DNA from: an uncultured Bacillota bacterium
Lineage (GTDB): Bacteria; Bacillota; Clostridia; Peptostreptococcales; Anaerovoracaceae
DNA: 52,059 nt
NCBI GenBank assembly: GCA_949290475.1
Contig: CASESB010000082.1
Location: forward strand, 1-52,059
Reading direction: 5' to 3'
This document shows positions 1-13,133 of this stretch, one piece after another. How positions within the stretch are numbered: the stretch's first letter is position 1; each line of letters begins with the position of its first letter. The notes below the pieces were generated by a model. The model saw nothing but the letters and a program-made list of their open reading frames with translations. It was not told the origin of the DNA and did no database searches. A program made the translations under genes and the position numbers.

Positions 1-474
1 CTTCATAGCCATTTCCATAGCCTCGGCACCACCGTTAGTCAGGAACGAGTACTGCAGATCTCCCGGAGTGATCAGAGCCAGCAGCTTGCAGAGGTAACCT
101 CTGAGCGGGTCAACCAGCTCCTGCGAGTGCAGGCTGTATCTGTCGAGCTGAGCTCTAACAGTCTTCTTGATCTCCTGGTTGTTGTGTCCGCAAGCGAATA
201 TACCAAATCCGCCCAGGCAGTCGATGAACTCAGTTCCGTATACGTCTACGAACAGGGAACCGTCTTCACCACCATCGCCCCACTCAACGAATGCGGAGTC
301 AGTCGATACTGATTTTCTGTATTCCAGCCATCCTGGATTGTAGTTTTCGTTAAAGTTAGCGATGGAGTCTGTGATAATTCCAGCTTTCTGCTCCTCTGTG
401 AGTTCATCAGCTTCGATCAAGCCAACAACTCTTCTAGCTTCTTCCAAAGCTAATTCCATGTTTCTTTCTGTCAT
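1..474 (-). CDS. patA: Putrescine aminotransferase (class III PLP aminotransferase), 5' part; runs off the left edge
   Basis: Not in the ORF track. Manual translation from ATG 474 (GGAGG RBS upstream): MTERNMELALEEARRVV...NPGWLEYRKSV...EFIDCLGGFGIFACGHNN...LHSQELVDPLRGYLCKLLALITPGDLQYSFLTNGGAEAMEMAMK, closely resembling E. coli PatA/YgjG. Confidence 0.85.
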   Translation of the reverse strand, partial: MTERNMELALEEARRVVGLIEADELTEEQKAGIITDSIANFNENYNPGWLEYRKSVSTDSAFVEWGDGGEDGSLFVDVYGTEFIDCLGGFGIFACGHNNQEIKKTVRAQLDRYSLHSQELVDPLRGYLCKLLALITPGDLQYSFLTNGGAEAMEMAMK

Positions 475-555
475 AGTTATCCTCCCTTTTTCTTTAGGTT
501 TTCTTTCGCCGCCTGAAATTAACGGCAATCGATGTAACTTCTATCCATTAATATA

Positions 556-572
556 TTCAATATCCGTGCCAA
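556..572 (-). promoter_or_regulatory. Candidate sigma-54 (-24/-12) promoter for patA
   Basis: Minus strand reads TTGGCACGGATATTGAA: consensus -24 TGGCAC with correct spacing, but -12 is TTGA rather than TTGC; about 80 bp upstream of the ATG. Confidence 0.55.
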
Positions 573-848
573 CTTTGCGAAAAGCCTGATTATTTTGCCC
601 AGCAAATATATAAATTTTCTGACAAATCCTTGATTTTCTCAGCGTTTCAAGGGTTTGAACTTTGCAAAAAATCTTGCTTTTTCACATCGTTTGCAGGATA
701 TAAATGGATACTGAGTTGAAAATTTGAATTTTTTTGTTTCGTTTTCGAGATTTTTGTCTCATTTTTATTACAGTCGTTTGGCCGTTCCTGCTCTCTCCTT
801 TGTCGCTTCAAAAAACTGTTTGCGGTTTTTAAACGGCCGCAGAACGCC

Positions 849-1991
849 TCATATATACCTGGCGATCATCTCGTTCATGGCTATCTCCCACTTGTACGGA
901 TCGGCAACCGATGTTGCCATCGTCTCCAGACGTTGCAATTCCTCAGCCGACAGCCGTCCCATGTCCGACGGTCTGCTGACACGCACCATCCTGCGGGCGG
1001 CCTGATACATGCGTCTGTCTTTTTCCGGCATCGCCAGATATTCGTCTATCATGGCTAGCATAGCCGCTTTATCATTTTTGAGACTGCCCTCCACGTCCTG
1101 CAGCAGATTTATCATGTGATCGCTGACGAGCCTCGTCTCGACTCCTTCCGCTCTCTCTATGACCGTCCTTATCTCCAGCAGCTTTTCATCGTCGCTGCAG
1201 AGGGTGAAATCCCCGGCCTCAAAATCGTCGTAAAGCTCAGTTCCCGGCTTCACCGCCGCCGTTCTGATCCTCAGAAAATCCGGATCGACCTGGTTGACGA
1301 CGTATGCCGTCTCCTCGGCGTTTTCCTTCGTCAGCTCTCTGCCGCCGATGCCGGGCATGAAATATATCGACAGCTCTATGCCGCCGGCCTTGACGTTTCT
1401 GCCCGCGGTGATCTCCTGCTGCTGGGTAACGCCCTTGTTTATCTTGCGCAGCACCGCATCCGATCCCGACTCAAAGCCCGAATGGATCCTGTCCAGTCCC
1501 GCTGCCTTGAGCTCCGCAAACTCCTCAGGGCTGACCTTCGCCAGATTCTCCGCCCGTCCGTACGACGTTATCCGCTTGATGGACGGGAACGTCTTTCTCA
1601 GATATATCAGCACATCCGAAAGGCGGCCGCTGCTGAGGGCCGTAGTATTGCCGTCCTGCAGGAAAACGTTCTCAGCGCCGTCGATGATCCAGTTGGCCAT
1701 CATATAAAAGCACTGCCGTTCCTCCTCGCTGCCCTTCATCAGCTCAGCGTTGAGTCCGTCGATATCCCAGGTGCCGTCGGGATTCCTGTAGCTTTCGATC
1801 ACCTTGGCCTGATACGCCATATTGTCTATATCGGCTTTGATGCTGTCGGCGCTGTACGCCTTGAACTTCGTATGCCTGTAAAGCTGACAGAACTTGCACT
1901 TGTTCCATGTGCAGCCGTTCGTCACCTGCAGCAGCAGGCTCTCCGCCTCACTCGGCGGCCTTATGGGGCCTATCCTGAATGTCCTCTCCAT
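849..1991 (-). CDS. Radical SAM protein of unknown function
   Basis: RPPSEAESLLLQVTNGCTWNKCKFC (Cx4Cx2C cluster motif), GLDRIHSGFESGSD, GxGG and SDH motifs typical of a widespread uncharacterised radical SAM family. Confidence 0.85.
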   Translation of the reverse strand: MERTFRIGPIRPPSEAESLLLQVTNGCTWNKCKFCQLYRHTKFKAYSADSIKADIDNMAYQAKVIESYRNPDGTWDIDGLNAELMKGSEEERQCFYMMANWIIDGAENVFLQDGNTTALSSGRLSDVLIYLRKTFPSIKRITSYGRAENLAKVSPEEFAELKAAGLDRIHSGFESGSDAVLRKINKGVTQQQEITAGRNVKAGGIELSIYFMPGIGGRELTKENAEETAYVVNQVDPDFLRIRTAAVKPGTELYDDFEAGDFTLCSDDEKLLEIRTVIERAEGVETRLVSDHMINLLQDVEGSLKNDKAAMLAMIDEYLAMPEKDRRMYQAARRMVRVSRPSDMGRLSAEELQRLETMATSVADPYKWEIAMNEMIARYI

Positions 1992-2003
1992 GATCGCGTC
2001 CCG

Positions 2004-2255
2004 CTACTTGTTGGAATAGATCGTCTTGGTGCTTACACCCTCCAGGGCGCCCAGCTTTCCCGAAAGGGCGCTTATGGTGTCCTGATCTGCATCTATCGCT
2101 ATGCTTATGATCGAGATCCCCTTCTGCGGATGAGGCACTCCCATCCTGCCGATTATAACGCCGCGATATTCGTGCAGCAGCCCGTTGAGAGCCTCGACGG
2201 CATCATCGTTTTCCACTATTATTCCTACTAACGCTGTCCTTGTCATATCGCTCAT
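2004..2255 (-). CDS. TM1266-family small ACT-like protein (putative iron-only hydrogenase system regulator)
   Basis: ALVGIIVEN...LNGLLHEY...IIGRMGVP...ISIISI...ISALSGKLG signature; start placed at ATG 2255 behind a GGAGG RBS. Confidence 0.8.
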   Translation of the reverse strand: MSDMTRTALVGIIVENDDAVEALNGLLHEYRGVIIGRMGVPHPQKGISIISIAIDADQDTISALSGKLGALEGVSTKTIYSNK

Positions 2256-2285
2256 ATCAATACCTCCTGGCAAATGCCAACATTA

Positions 2286-2723
2286 TCAGTGCTTTCTTCT
2301 GTATCCTCCCTCCGCCACGTGAGACCTGGTTATCGCCTTAGATATGGCGATCTTGGCCTTGATGACGTCGTTCGGATCCGCATCCTGCTCGTGATGGGTG
2401 AGCCAGTCCTCGGCCTTTGCCTTCTCACTGAGAACGCGTTCCATATCTATATCCTCCGACCACTCGACGGCGTCGGTATAGATGATGATGCTGTCGCGAA
2501 CGTCTATGAACCCGCCGGCAAGCGCGGCGACCCTGAACTCGTCCTTGCCCGCGCCCTCCTCCTGTATCCACAGCTCTCCTATGTCAAGGAGCTTGCAGGC
2601 CCACGAGTGACCCGCCATGAAGCCTTCGTCGCCCTCCAGCGTCGTGACGATGACCAGCTCCACGAAGCCGCGGTAAAACATCTTCGACGGAGTTATTATC
2701 TCCAATTTTACGCTGTTCGCCAT
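2286..2723 (-). CDS. atpC: ATP synthase F1 subunit epsilon
   Basis: LEIITP...EGDEGFMAGH...GGFIDV; directly downstream of atpD. Confidence 0.93.
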   Translation of the reverse strand: MANSVKLEIITPSKMFYRGFVELVIVTTLEGDEGFMAGHSWACKLLDIGELWIQEEGAGKDEFRVAALAGGFIDVRDSIIIYTDAVEWSEDIDMERVLSEKAKAEDWLTHHEQDADPNDVIKAKIAISKAITRSHVAEGGYRRKH

Positions 2724-2758
2724 AACTGTCTCCTGTTTTATCTTCCGTTTATCTCTTG

Positions 2759-4159
<1,401 letters not shown>

Positions 4160-5026
4160 CTATTTCTGCGCGTCGGAACCGGCAACGATCTCTATTATCT
4201 CATCCGTGATAGCCGCCTGTCTGGCTCTGTTGTACGTGAGCGACAGCTGATCCAGCATCTCTCTGGCGTTTTCCGTGGCGTTCTCCATGGCCGCTCTTCT
4301 GGCAGCATGCTCGCATGTGGCCGATTCCACCACTGCCGCATATATCATCGTTTCCACGTACTTCGGCACCAGGTAATTGAATACGGCCTCCACCGACGGC
4401 TCGTATTCCACCGGCTTCATATTCCGCAATATATCGGGATCCTCCTCCACCTCGAACGGCAGCAGCGTCACGTTCCTGACCTCCTGCTCCAGCGAGCTTA
4501 TGAAGGCCGTATAGATGAGCACCACCTCGTCTATCTCTCCGCTATTATACATATCTATTATCGGCCGGCTCATCTCCCTGGTCTCCAGGAAGGATATGTC
4601 CTCCGGCGGTGCCAGATAATCTCCGTATATCTTATAGCCGCGCTTTTCAAAATACTCCTTGCCCTTGGTGCCGATGGCGTAGATTATAGGCTCTTCCCAA
4701 TCCTGGTCTATCTCCTTCTGCGCCTCCTTCAGCACGTTGGAGTTGAAGCCTCCGCAAAGTCCGCGTCCGCTGGTGACCACTATGTAGCATGTGGTCTTTA
4801 TCTCCCTGTTGCCGGCCAGATACTCCTGAGGGATGTCCTGACCGCTGTGGAATATCTCGGCTATCGTATGGGTGATGTAGTGAGAGTTGGCGTTCGTCTT
4901 CTCAAAGATCGCCTTGGCCTTTCTCAGCTTGCCTGCGGATACCAGCTTCATGGCGTTCGTGATATGTTCGGTGCTGGTGACACTCTTGATGCGTCTCTTT
5001 ATGTCCTGCATACTCTCAGATGCCAT
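4160..5026 (-). CDS. atpG: ATP synthase F1 subunit gamma
   Basis: IKRRIKSV...ITNAMKLVS, RGLCGGFN, YNRARQAAITDEIIEIVAG. Confidence 0.98.
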   Translation of the reverse strand: MASESMQDIKRRIKSVTSTEHITNAMKLVSAGKLRKAKAIFEKTNANSHYITHTIAEIFHSGQDIPQEYLAGNREIKTTCYIVVTSGRGLCGGFNSNVLKEAQKEIDQDWEEPIIYAIGTKGKEYFEKRGYKIYGDYLAPPEDISFLETREMSRPIIDMYNSGEIDEVVLIYTAFISSLEQEVRNVTLLPFEVEEDPDILRNMKPVEYEPSVEAVFNYLVPKYVETMIYAAVVESATCEHAARRAAMENATENAREMLDQLSLTYNRARQAAITDEIIEIVAGSDAQK

Positions 5027-5037
5027 CGCTACACCTC

Positions 5038-6594
<1,557 letters not shown>

Positions 6595-6609
6595 TTATCC
6601 TCCCTGATC

Positions 6610-7143
6610 TCAGCAGATCTGACTGCTCAGATCATCAAATCTCTTCTTTAGGGAAGCGTCTATTATCTTCCCGTCGACAAGTATCCTGATGCCGCCTATC
6701 AGCCCGGGATCGATCTCATTCCTGAGCTTCACGTTTTCCTGCAGCAGGGCCGAGGTCTCTTCCTCAAGCTCACGAAGCCGTTCCTCGCCGAGCTCGACGA
6801 CGGAATACACCGTGCCGTACGAAAGCCCTTCCTCCTTGTCCAAAAGCTTAAGATAGACCTTTACCATCCGCTCAAAATGTATCATCCGTCCCTTGTCTAT
6901 GAGGATGCACAGGAAATTCAGGAGCTCGTCGCATATCTTCCCACGGAAGATGTTCTGCAGCGCCTCCTTCTTCTCCACAGCTGAGATCCCGGGCGCCTTG
7001 AGAAAATCGCAGAACTCACGCTCGCGATCGAGTACCTTTATCAGCTCCAGGGCCTCTTCCTTTATGATTTCTGTCTTGCCCGTCTCCTTCGCCGCCTCGA
7101 AAAGGGCGGTGCCGTAAGTCAGATCAATGGTCAGTTCTTCCAT
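6610..7143 (-). CDS. atpH: ATP synthase F1 subunit delta
   Basis: YGTALFE...IDPGLIGGIRILVDGKIIDAS; operon position. Confidence 0.95.
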   Translation of the reverse strand: MEELTIDLTYGTALFEAAKETGKTEIIKEEALELIKVLDREREFCDFLKAPGISAVEKKEALQNIFRGKICDELLNFLCILIDKGRMIHFERMVKVYLKLLDKEEGLSYGTVYSVVELGEERLRELEEETSALLQENVKLRNEIDPGLIGGIRILVDGKIIDASLKKRFDDLSSQIC

Positions 7144-7637
7144 CCCGTGCTCCTTGCCTGCCTGATTATCTCATCGACGACAGCCTCCTGTCCCACCTTC
7201 TGTATCTCGCGTTCGACGATCTTTTCGGCAGCGAGAATAGCGAGGGCGGCGATCTCCTGTCGCATGTCCTCCATGGCCTTTTCCTTTTCTCTCTCTATGG
7301 CGGCCTCAGCCTTGGCCATGATCTCGGAGGCCTCTCTGTGAGCTTCGTCCACTATGTCGCGCGCCTGGGCGTCAGCCTTCATCCTGGCTTCCCTTATGAT
7401 CTCGCGACCCTCCTCCTCGACCTTGGCTATACGTCGGCTGTACTTTTCCATCTTTTCGTCAGCTCTCCTGTTGGTGAGCTCCGCGTTGTCCAGCGCGTCC
7501 TTGATGGACTGCTTCCTGGTCTCCATCGTTTTGAGAAAAGGCTTGTAGAGAAACTTGGTCAACACTCCGACGAGTATCAGGAAGTTGATCAAATAGAATA
7601 TAAATTCATGCAAGTTGATCCCTAATGCTTCAACCAT
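7131..7637 (-). CDS. atpF: ATP synthase Fo subunit b
   Basis: N-terminal TM (LINFLILVGVLTKFLYKP) followed by a charged coiled coil. Confidence 0.95.
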   Translation of the reverse strand: MVEALGINLHEFIFYLINFLILVGVLTKFLYKPFLKTMETRKQSIKDALDNAELTNRRADEKMEKYSRRIAKVEEEGREIIREARMKADAQARDIVDEAHREASEIMAKAEAAIEREKEKAMEDMRQEIAALAILAAEKIVEREIQKVGQEAVVDEIIRQARSTGWKN

Positions 7638-7691
7638 AGTTACCTTTTCCTTCCATCGCTAATCAAACAAAGTCATCTCCCGGCGTATCGG

Positions 7692-7931
<240 letters not shown>

Positions 7932-8033
7932 TCAGTCCGCGCCCTGCGGCGCTTTATTTTGCTGTTACTTTGATTTTAAAAATATATATGAAGCGCAAGG
8001 CCGCGCAGCCTTCGCCTTCAAAACGTCTTCACA

Positions 8034-8705
8034 TCAGAGGTGCTCCTCTTCCTCCTCAGGCATGGCCTCCTTGATGTATATGCTCGCCAGCAGCGCGAAT
8101 ACCAGCGCCTGTATCAGTCCCATCAACACGCTCAGCGCCTGCATCACCACCGGCAGCCCTATAGGCACCAGATCGAAGAACGATGTCGTTACCGTGTGCT
8201 CTCCGAATATATTGCCGTAAAGTCGGAGCGTCAGCGATACCGGCTTGACAAGATCCTCGAGTATCATCAATGGGAACAGGAAGGCGAACGGCTTGAAATA
8301 ATGCTTGAAGTATCCGATCCCGTGATGAGATTTGATGCCGACAGCGAACATGGTAACGAAGACTATTATAGCCATGGCCATCGTGCAGTTTATCGACCCG
8401 GTCGGCGCCGCCAGCCCGGCCATGTGACCCGATCCCGGCAGCAATCCCGAATAATTTGCCAGCAGTATGTATATGAACAGCGTAGCCACCAGCGGGAAGT
8501 ACTTCCTGCAGGCCTTGTCGCCCATGATACCGGAAAAGAAATTGAAGAGTCCGCCTATCGCCCATTCGGCGAAGTTCTGGAACCCCGAAGGTACCGTCTG
8601 CAGACGCTTTCCCGCTATGACGGACACGATACACAGTATCACAGTTATGGCCGCGCTCGTTATCATACCGTCTGAGAACCCTATGGAATGCAATGCGTCT
8701 ATCAA
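8034..8705 (-). CDS. atpB: ATP synthase Fo subunit a
   Basis: KPVSLTLRLYGNIFG with the essential Arg, LIQALVFALLASIY. TTG 8705 chosen for RBS spacing; the ORF track starts at 8714. Confidence 0.93.
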   Translation of the reverse strand: MIDALHSIGFSDGMITSAAITVILCIVSVIAGKRLQTVPSGFQNFAEWAIGGLFNFFSGIMGDKACRKYFPLVATLFIYILLANYSGLLPGSGHMAGLAAPTGSINCTMAMAIIVFVTMFAVGIKSHHGIGYFKHYFKPFAFLFPLMILEDLVKPVSLTLRLYGNIFGEHTVTTSFFDLVPIGLPVVMQALSVLMGLIQALVFALLASIYIKEAMPEEEEEHL

Positions 8706-8710
8706 TACAG

Positions 8711-9043
8711 TCAAGCCTCCTTTTTCTCTGCGTCGCGCGCCTCGCGCTTCTTCTGGCTGAACACCAGCGCCTTGTTCATGACCACAAGCCCGGCCGCCGT
8801 TCCCACCAGGTAGGCGATGCCGTCAAACGGCAGCAGCTCCCTCGTAAAAAACGCCAGCGCCATGGCTCCGACGTTGACGGCGAAGCTGATCATAGAACGC
8901 ATATACAGATCGCCGACCCTGCCGGCGTCCGCATCCGGCGCGTTTTCACCGCGAAAATATTTTTTCCAGAGCAGGAGATTCTTGAGGTAACCTATCACCA
9001 GTCCCAATATCAATCCTGCTACGCCGCCAAGCGCATAAGTCAC
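8711..9043 (-). CDS. Small membrane protein heading the atp operon (AtpI-like)
   Basis: Hydrophobic 110 aa ORF with AGGAG RBS, immediately upstream of atpB; assignment is positional. Confidence 0.6.
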   Translation of the reverse strand: MTYALGGVAGLILGLVIGYLKNLLLWKKYFRGENAPDADAGRVGDLYMRSMISFAVNVGAMALAFFTRELLPFDGIAYLVGTAAGLVVMNKALVFSQKKREARDAEKKEA

Positions 9044-9146
9044 CAGTCTTCTCTCCTCTCCGCCATTTAATGCCTCGTTTCATGAGTCGTTTCATGTCCG
9101 GCAGAGCCTTCCGTCATTCGTCAAAAATACCCTGCCGGTTCCCAAA

Positions 9147-9175
9147 ATTATACACCAATTTGCTGCAAAAGTAAA
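9147..9175 (-). promoter_or_regulatory. Sigma-A-type promoter of the atp operon
   Basis: TTTACT-N17-TATAAT on the minus strand. Confidence 0.55.
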
Positions 9176-9324
9176 ACGATTTTTGGATAGCCTTATATTT
9201 AACAATCCTGTTTTTTCAACGCCTGCAGCGTTTTTACATTTTTTACCTTTGTTTTCCTGCTGCCTGTTGCCGGCGATTTACAAAACTTTCTTGCCGTGTT
9301 TCCCGCAGTATACAAATCGTGTCG

Positions 9325-10704
9325 TTAATCGTCGATACCCTTTATCACATTGTTGAGCCATTTTTTGCTGAAATACCGCCTGGTGAGGAACACGCCCTTT
9401 ACGACCTCCTCCAGCTTCACCGCAGCCACGGCCAGATAGATAGGGAAGTTCAGCACAAGCGCCGTTATGAACGCCAGCGGCACTCCTATGAACCACACGG
9501 TGGAGGTCTCCGTTATCATGGCGAACTTCGTGTCGCCGCCGCACCTGAGCGTGCCGGTCACGTGCAGGGCGTTGTATATCGTCAGCCACATCGTCAGGCC
9601 GTACACGATGAGTATCCTCGAGGCGTACAGCTGTCCTTCCTCGGAGAAGCTGAAAAAGCTCAGCAGCGGCTCTCCCGCCAGTATTATCATGGCGCTGAAG
9701 ACGATGCCGACACCGAAGCCTATCTTCACCAGCTTCTTGGACATCTCGTAGGCCACGTCCGTCTTTCCTTCTCCCAGCTTCTGTCCGACCAGTATCAGTA
9801 TGGCGTCTCCCACGCTGAAAGCCGCCAGCGTGAACATGTTGTTGATCGTGTTGCAGGCCTGGATAGCCGCCCCCTCGGCAATACCCATCCTGGCGAACGC
9901 CGCCACGTAAAGCGAAGTGCCGATGCCCCACAGCGTTTCGTTCGTCGTCGTAGGCAGCGCATTCCTGACGATCTTCGCCGCCAGCTCCCTGCCGTAGCCG
10001 AAGAATTCCCTGAGGCTTCCGGCGATCCTGTTTCTCAGTCCGAACACCTCGAAGAGTATGATCAGCATCTCCAGCATCCTGGCTATGGCTGTCGCCAGAG
10101 CCGCCCCTTCTACGCCCATGGCCGGAGCTCCGAGATTGCCGAAGATGAACACCCAGTTGAGGAAGGTGTTCGTTCCCAGAGCCGTGACGCTGGCGATGAG
10201 CGGCAGCGCCGACTGCTGCGTCGCCCTGAGAGCCACGGTGAACGGCTGCGTGACCGACAGCATCAGGAAGGTGAAGGCTCCGATCCTGACATAACCGGCT
10301 CCCGTCTCGATCACCTCTGGATATTTGGTGAATATGCGCAGGATCTGCTCCGGGAAGAAAAATCCGGCAATGAAAAACAACAGACCTATGCCCATCGCTA
10401 TCGTAAGGGCAAAGCCTGTCGTCCTCCTTATGTTTCTGAAATCGCGGACACCGTAAAACTGCGATATGAACGTCGCCGAGCCTCCCGCAAACCCGTAGAG
10501 CAGCATCCAGTGTATGAAAAATATCTGCACCGACACTCCCACCGCATTGAGCTCCAGCTCTCCCAGACTTCCTACCATCAGGTTGTCTATGAGGCTGAGA
10601 CTGGATCCGATCATGCTCTGGAGCGCTATCGGCAGCGCCACCTTGGCCAGCACGCTCAGGAGATCTCTGTTGTTCAACGTATCGAGGTTCTCTCTGCCGC
10701 TCAT
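9325..10704 (-). CDS. MATE family efflux transporter
   Basis: ALPIALQ...IDNLMVGSLG, LNWVFIFGNLGAPAMGVEGAALAT, LRCGGDT; about 12 TM segments. Confidence 0.93.
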   Translation of the reverse strand: MSGRENLDTLNNRDLLSVLAKVALPIALQSMIGSSLSLIDNLMVGSLGELELNAVGVSVQIFFIHWMLLYGFAGGSATFISQFYGVRDFRNIRRTTGFALTIAMGIGLLFFIAGFFFPEQILRIFTKYPEVIETGAGYVRIGAFTFLMLSVTQPFTVALRATQQSALPLIASVTALGTNTFLNWVFIFGNLGAPAMGVEGAALATAIARMLEMLIILFEVFGLRNRIAGSLREFFGYGRELAAKIVRNALPTTTNETLWGIGTSLYVAAFARMGIAEGAAIQACNTINNMFTLAAFSVGDAILILVGQKLGEGKTDVAYEMSKKLVKIGFGVGIVFSAMIILAGEPLLSFFSFSEEGQLYASRILIVYGLTMWLTIYNALHVTGTLRCGGDTKFAMITETSTVWFIGVPLAFITALVLNFPIYLAVAAVKLEEVVKGVFLTRRYFSKKWLNNVIKGIDD

Positions 10705-11774
10705 CTGTCCCTTTCCTTTTCTCTCTTGATTTTATCGGCCTTGAGGCTGATGTTCCTGTTGCCCGTATCGGACAGCAGCACGTACACCAGCATTATGGCC
10801 ACCGCCGTAAGACCGAGGCATTCGATGATCAGGCTCCTGCTGTAAAGCACGGCCACTATGCCCATGATGCCGCTGATGCAGTAGAGGAGCATGACAGCCC
10901 GGCGCTGGCCGAATCCAGCCTTCATTATCCTGTGATGAAGGTGCTCCTTGTCGGCCGTACCGATCGACTGACGCCTGATGACCCTCCTGATTATGGCCAT
11001 GAGCGTGTCGAATATCGGCAGACCCAGCACCAGCGCAGGTATGATCACCACGACGATGGTCGCGCTCTTTACCGTGCCCAGTATCGACACCGCAGCTATC
11101 GAAAAGCCCAGCAGCTGAGAGCCGCTGTCTCCCATGAAAATCTTGGCCGGATGGAAATTGTACGGCAAAAATCCCAGCGCCGCTCCCGCTATGGCCATCA
11201 TGGCCAGCGTCGGCACGTACTGCCCGTGTATATAGGCTACATATCCTATGCAGAGCGCCGATATCGTCGATATGCCGGCCGCCAGTCCGTCGAGTCCGTC
11301 TATGAGGTTGACGGCATTCGTCACCGCTACCAGCCAGAACAGCGTTATCAGACAGCAGGCCACATCTCCGAACACCATGTTGCCCGGCCCGAAGTAGTTC
11401 GTTATGACCTCGATGCGGATGCCCATGGCGTATACCACGATGGCGCAGACCACCTGACCGCTCAGCTTCACGAGAGGCTTCAGATCCTTCAGATCGTCTA
11501 TGAGCCCCAGGATATATATGAGCGTACAGCCGACCATGACTGCGACCATGCCGCTGTCCTTAGCGGCAAATATCAGCAGCGACACCATAGTCCCGATGTA
11601 TATGGCTATGCCGCCAAACCGCGGCATAGGTTTTTTATGGACCCTTCTCTCATCCTTCGGAATATCCATAGCTCCTATTCTCGGAGCGATCCAGATCGCG
11701 AAGGGCGTGAGAGCTGCAGATACCACAAAGGCTGTCAGCAGCGGTCCCCACAGTTCGATGCTGGTTGCTGTCAC
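10701..11774 (-). CDS. tagO: MraY/WecA/TagO-family undecaprenyl-phosphate GlcNAc-1-phosphate transferase
   Basis: [40 protein letters not shown]. Confidence 0.88.
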   Translation of the reverse strand: MTATSIELWGPLLTAFVVSAALTPFAIWIAPRIGAMDIPKDERRVHKKPMPRFGGIAIYIGTMVSLLIFAAKDSGMVAVMVGCTLIYILGLIDDLKDLKPLVKLSGQVVCAIVVYAMGIRIEVITNYFGPGNMVFGDVACCLITLFWLVAVTNAVNLIDGLDGLAAGISTISALCIGYVAYIHGQYVPTLAMMAIAGAALGFLPYNFHPAKIFMGDSGSQLLGFSIAAVSILGTVKSATIVVVIIPALVLGLPIFDTLMAIIRRVIRRQSIGTADKEHLHHRIMKAGFGQRRAVMLLYCISGIMGIVAVLYSRSLIIECLGLTAVAIMLVYVLLSDTGNRNISLKADKIKREKERDR

Positions 11775-12232
11775 TGCACGTCTCCTAACATTATTATCTT
11801 GAGTCCCGCTTCATCGAGTATGTCTACGGACAGCTGATCCGGATATCCCTCCTTGACAACTATCCTGCTTATGCCCGCATTGATTATCATCTTGGCGCAG
11901 ATCACGCACGGCTGATGAGTTATGTATATCGTGGCATCCTCTATGCTCTGCCCCAGCGTGGCCGCCTGTATGATGGCGTTCTGCTCCGCATGCAGGGCGC
12001 GGCACAGCTCGTGCTTTTCACCCGACGGTACTCCCAGCTGCTGCCTGAGACAGCCGCCCTCTCGTTCTGAACAATGCTCCAGGCCTCTCGGCGCTCCGTT
12101 ATATCCGGTCGCCACTATGTGTCTGTCCTTTACTATGACAGCCCCCACCTGTCTTCTGAGGCAGGTGGATCTCTTAGCCGTCAGCACGGCCATGCTCATG
12201 AAATATTCATCCCAGCTAGGTCTCTTGTCCAT
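11771..12232 (-). CDS. dCMP deaminase family protein
   Basis: RPSWDEYFM...[11 protein letters not shown]...GYNG, HAEQNA, PCVIC zinc motifs; start at ATG 12232 with AGGAG RBS. Confidence 0.92.
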   Translation of the reverse strand: MDKRPSWDEYFMSMAVLTAKRSTCLRRQVGAVIVKDRHIVATGYNGAPRGLEHCSEREGGCLRQQLGVPSGEKHELCRALHAEQNAIIQAATLGQSIEDATIYITHQPCVICAKMIINAGISRIVVKEGYPDQLSVDILDEAGLKIIMLGDVQ

Positions 12233-12259
12233 AGCGTTTCTCTCCTGTGAAATCATCAT

Positions 12260-13078
12260 CTAAAAATAAACTTCCATCAGATACAGCCCGAACGGCGGCG
12301 CCGTATGTCCGGCTCTGCGCCTGTCCTCGGCTGCCAGTATATCCTCTATCTCCTCAGGTCTTATCCTGCCAAGTCCTACATCGACCAGCGTACCGGTCAT
12401 TATCCTCACCATGTTGTAAAGAAAGCCGTCGCCGCTCACGCTTATCTCCACGTCGCCTGCAAACGCCTCTGCCGCCGCTTCGTCGCTCACGCGATGCCCG
12501 CCTCCGCTGCGCTCGCACTTCACCGATATATCGTATATCGTTCTCACCGTCGTCTCTCTCGGCGTTCCTCCCGAGGCCTCAAACGACTTGAAATCGTGCG
12601 TCCCCTTCAAAAGAGCCGCCGCGCGCTTCATGGCGTCCGTATCGAGAGGCGCGTCCACATGATAGACGTAGTTTCTGGAAAACACGTCGTCGCCGGCTGC
12701 GTTCCTTATCCTGTACACGTACCTTTTGCCCTTGGCGTCGAATCTGGCGTGAAAATCCGCAGGCTTTTCCTCCGATGAGATTATCCTCACCGGCGACATG
12801 GCAAAGGCTCCGCGCTCTCTGCCCTTCAGCATGTTGTTGGCCGCCAGCGCTATGCGTTCGGCCGGTATGCTGTTCTGCGTAATAAAAGACGCTCGCTGTC
12901 CGCAGGCATGGACGCCGGCATCAGTCCTGCTGGTTCCGTTGAGAGCGATCGTCTCTCCCAGCAGCGACGTCAGCACCTCCTCCAGACAGCCCTGGACCGT
13001 CGGCTTGTCCGGCTGACGCTGCCAGCCGTGAAACACCGAGCCGTCGTATTCTATTGTCAGCAAAATGTTTTTCTTCAT
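12260..13078 (-). CDS. truA: tRNA pseudouridine(38-40) synthase
   Basis: YDGSVFHGWQRQ, SRTDAGVHA, FHARF, GFLYNMVR, TAPPFGLYL. Confidence 0.96.
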   Translation of the reverse strand: MKKNILLTIEYDGSVFHGWQRQPDKPTVQGCLEEVLTSLLGETIALNGTSRTDAGVHACGQRASFITQNSIPAERIALAANNMLKGRERGAFAMSPVRIISSEEKPADFHARFDAKGKRYVYRIRNAAGDDVFSRNYVYHVDAPLDTDAMKRAAALLKGTHDFKSFEASGGTPRETTVRTIYDISVKCERSGGGHRVSDEAAAEAFAGDVEISVSGDGFLYNMVRIMTGTLVDVGLGRIRPEEIEDILAAEDRRRAGHTAPPFGLYLMEVYF

Positions 13079-13090
13079 GTTCCAGCTTTC

Positions 13091-13119
13091 ATTATATATA
13101 CTTTACTGATATTTTACAA
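13091..13119 (-). promoter_or_regulatory. Sigma-A-type promoter of truA, with a very short leader
   Basis: TTGTAA-N17-TATAAT ending 12 nt before the ATG. Confidence 0.6.
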
Positions 13120-13133
13120 TGTTGTTTATGTGA

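Noticed and set aside
127-1005. Plus-strand ORFs 127-312, 362-589 and 724-1005
   Set aside because: Antisense to patA or the radical SAM gene, or lying in AT-rich promoter DNA; no motifs.
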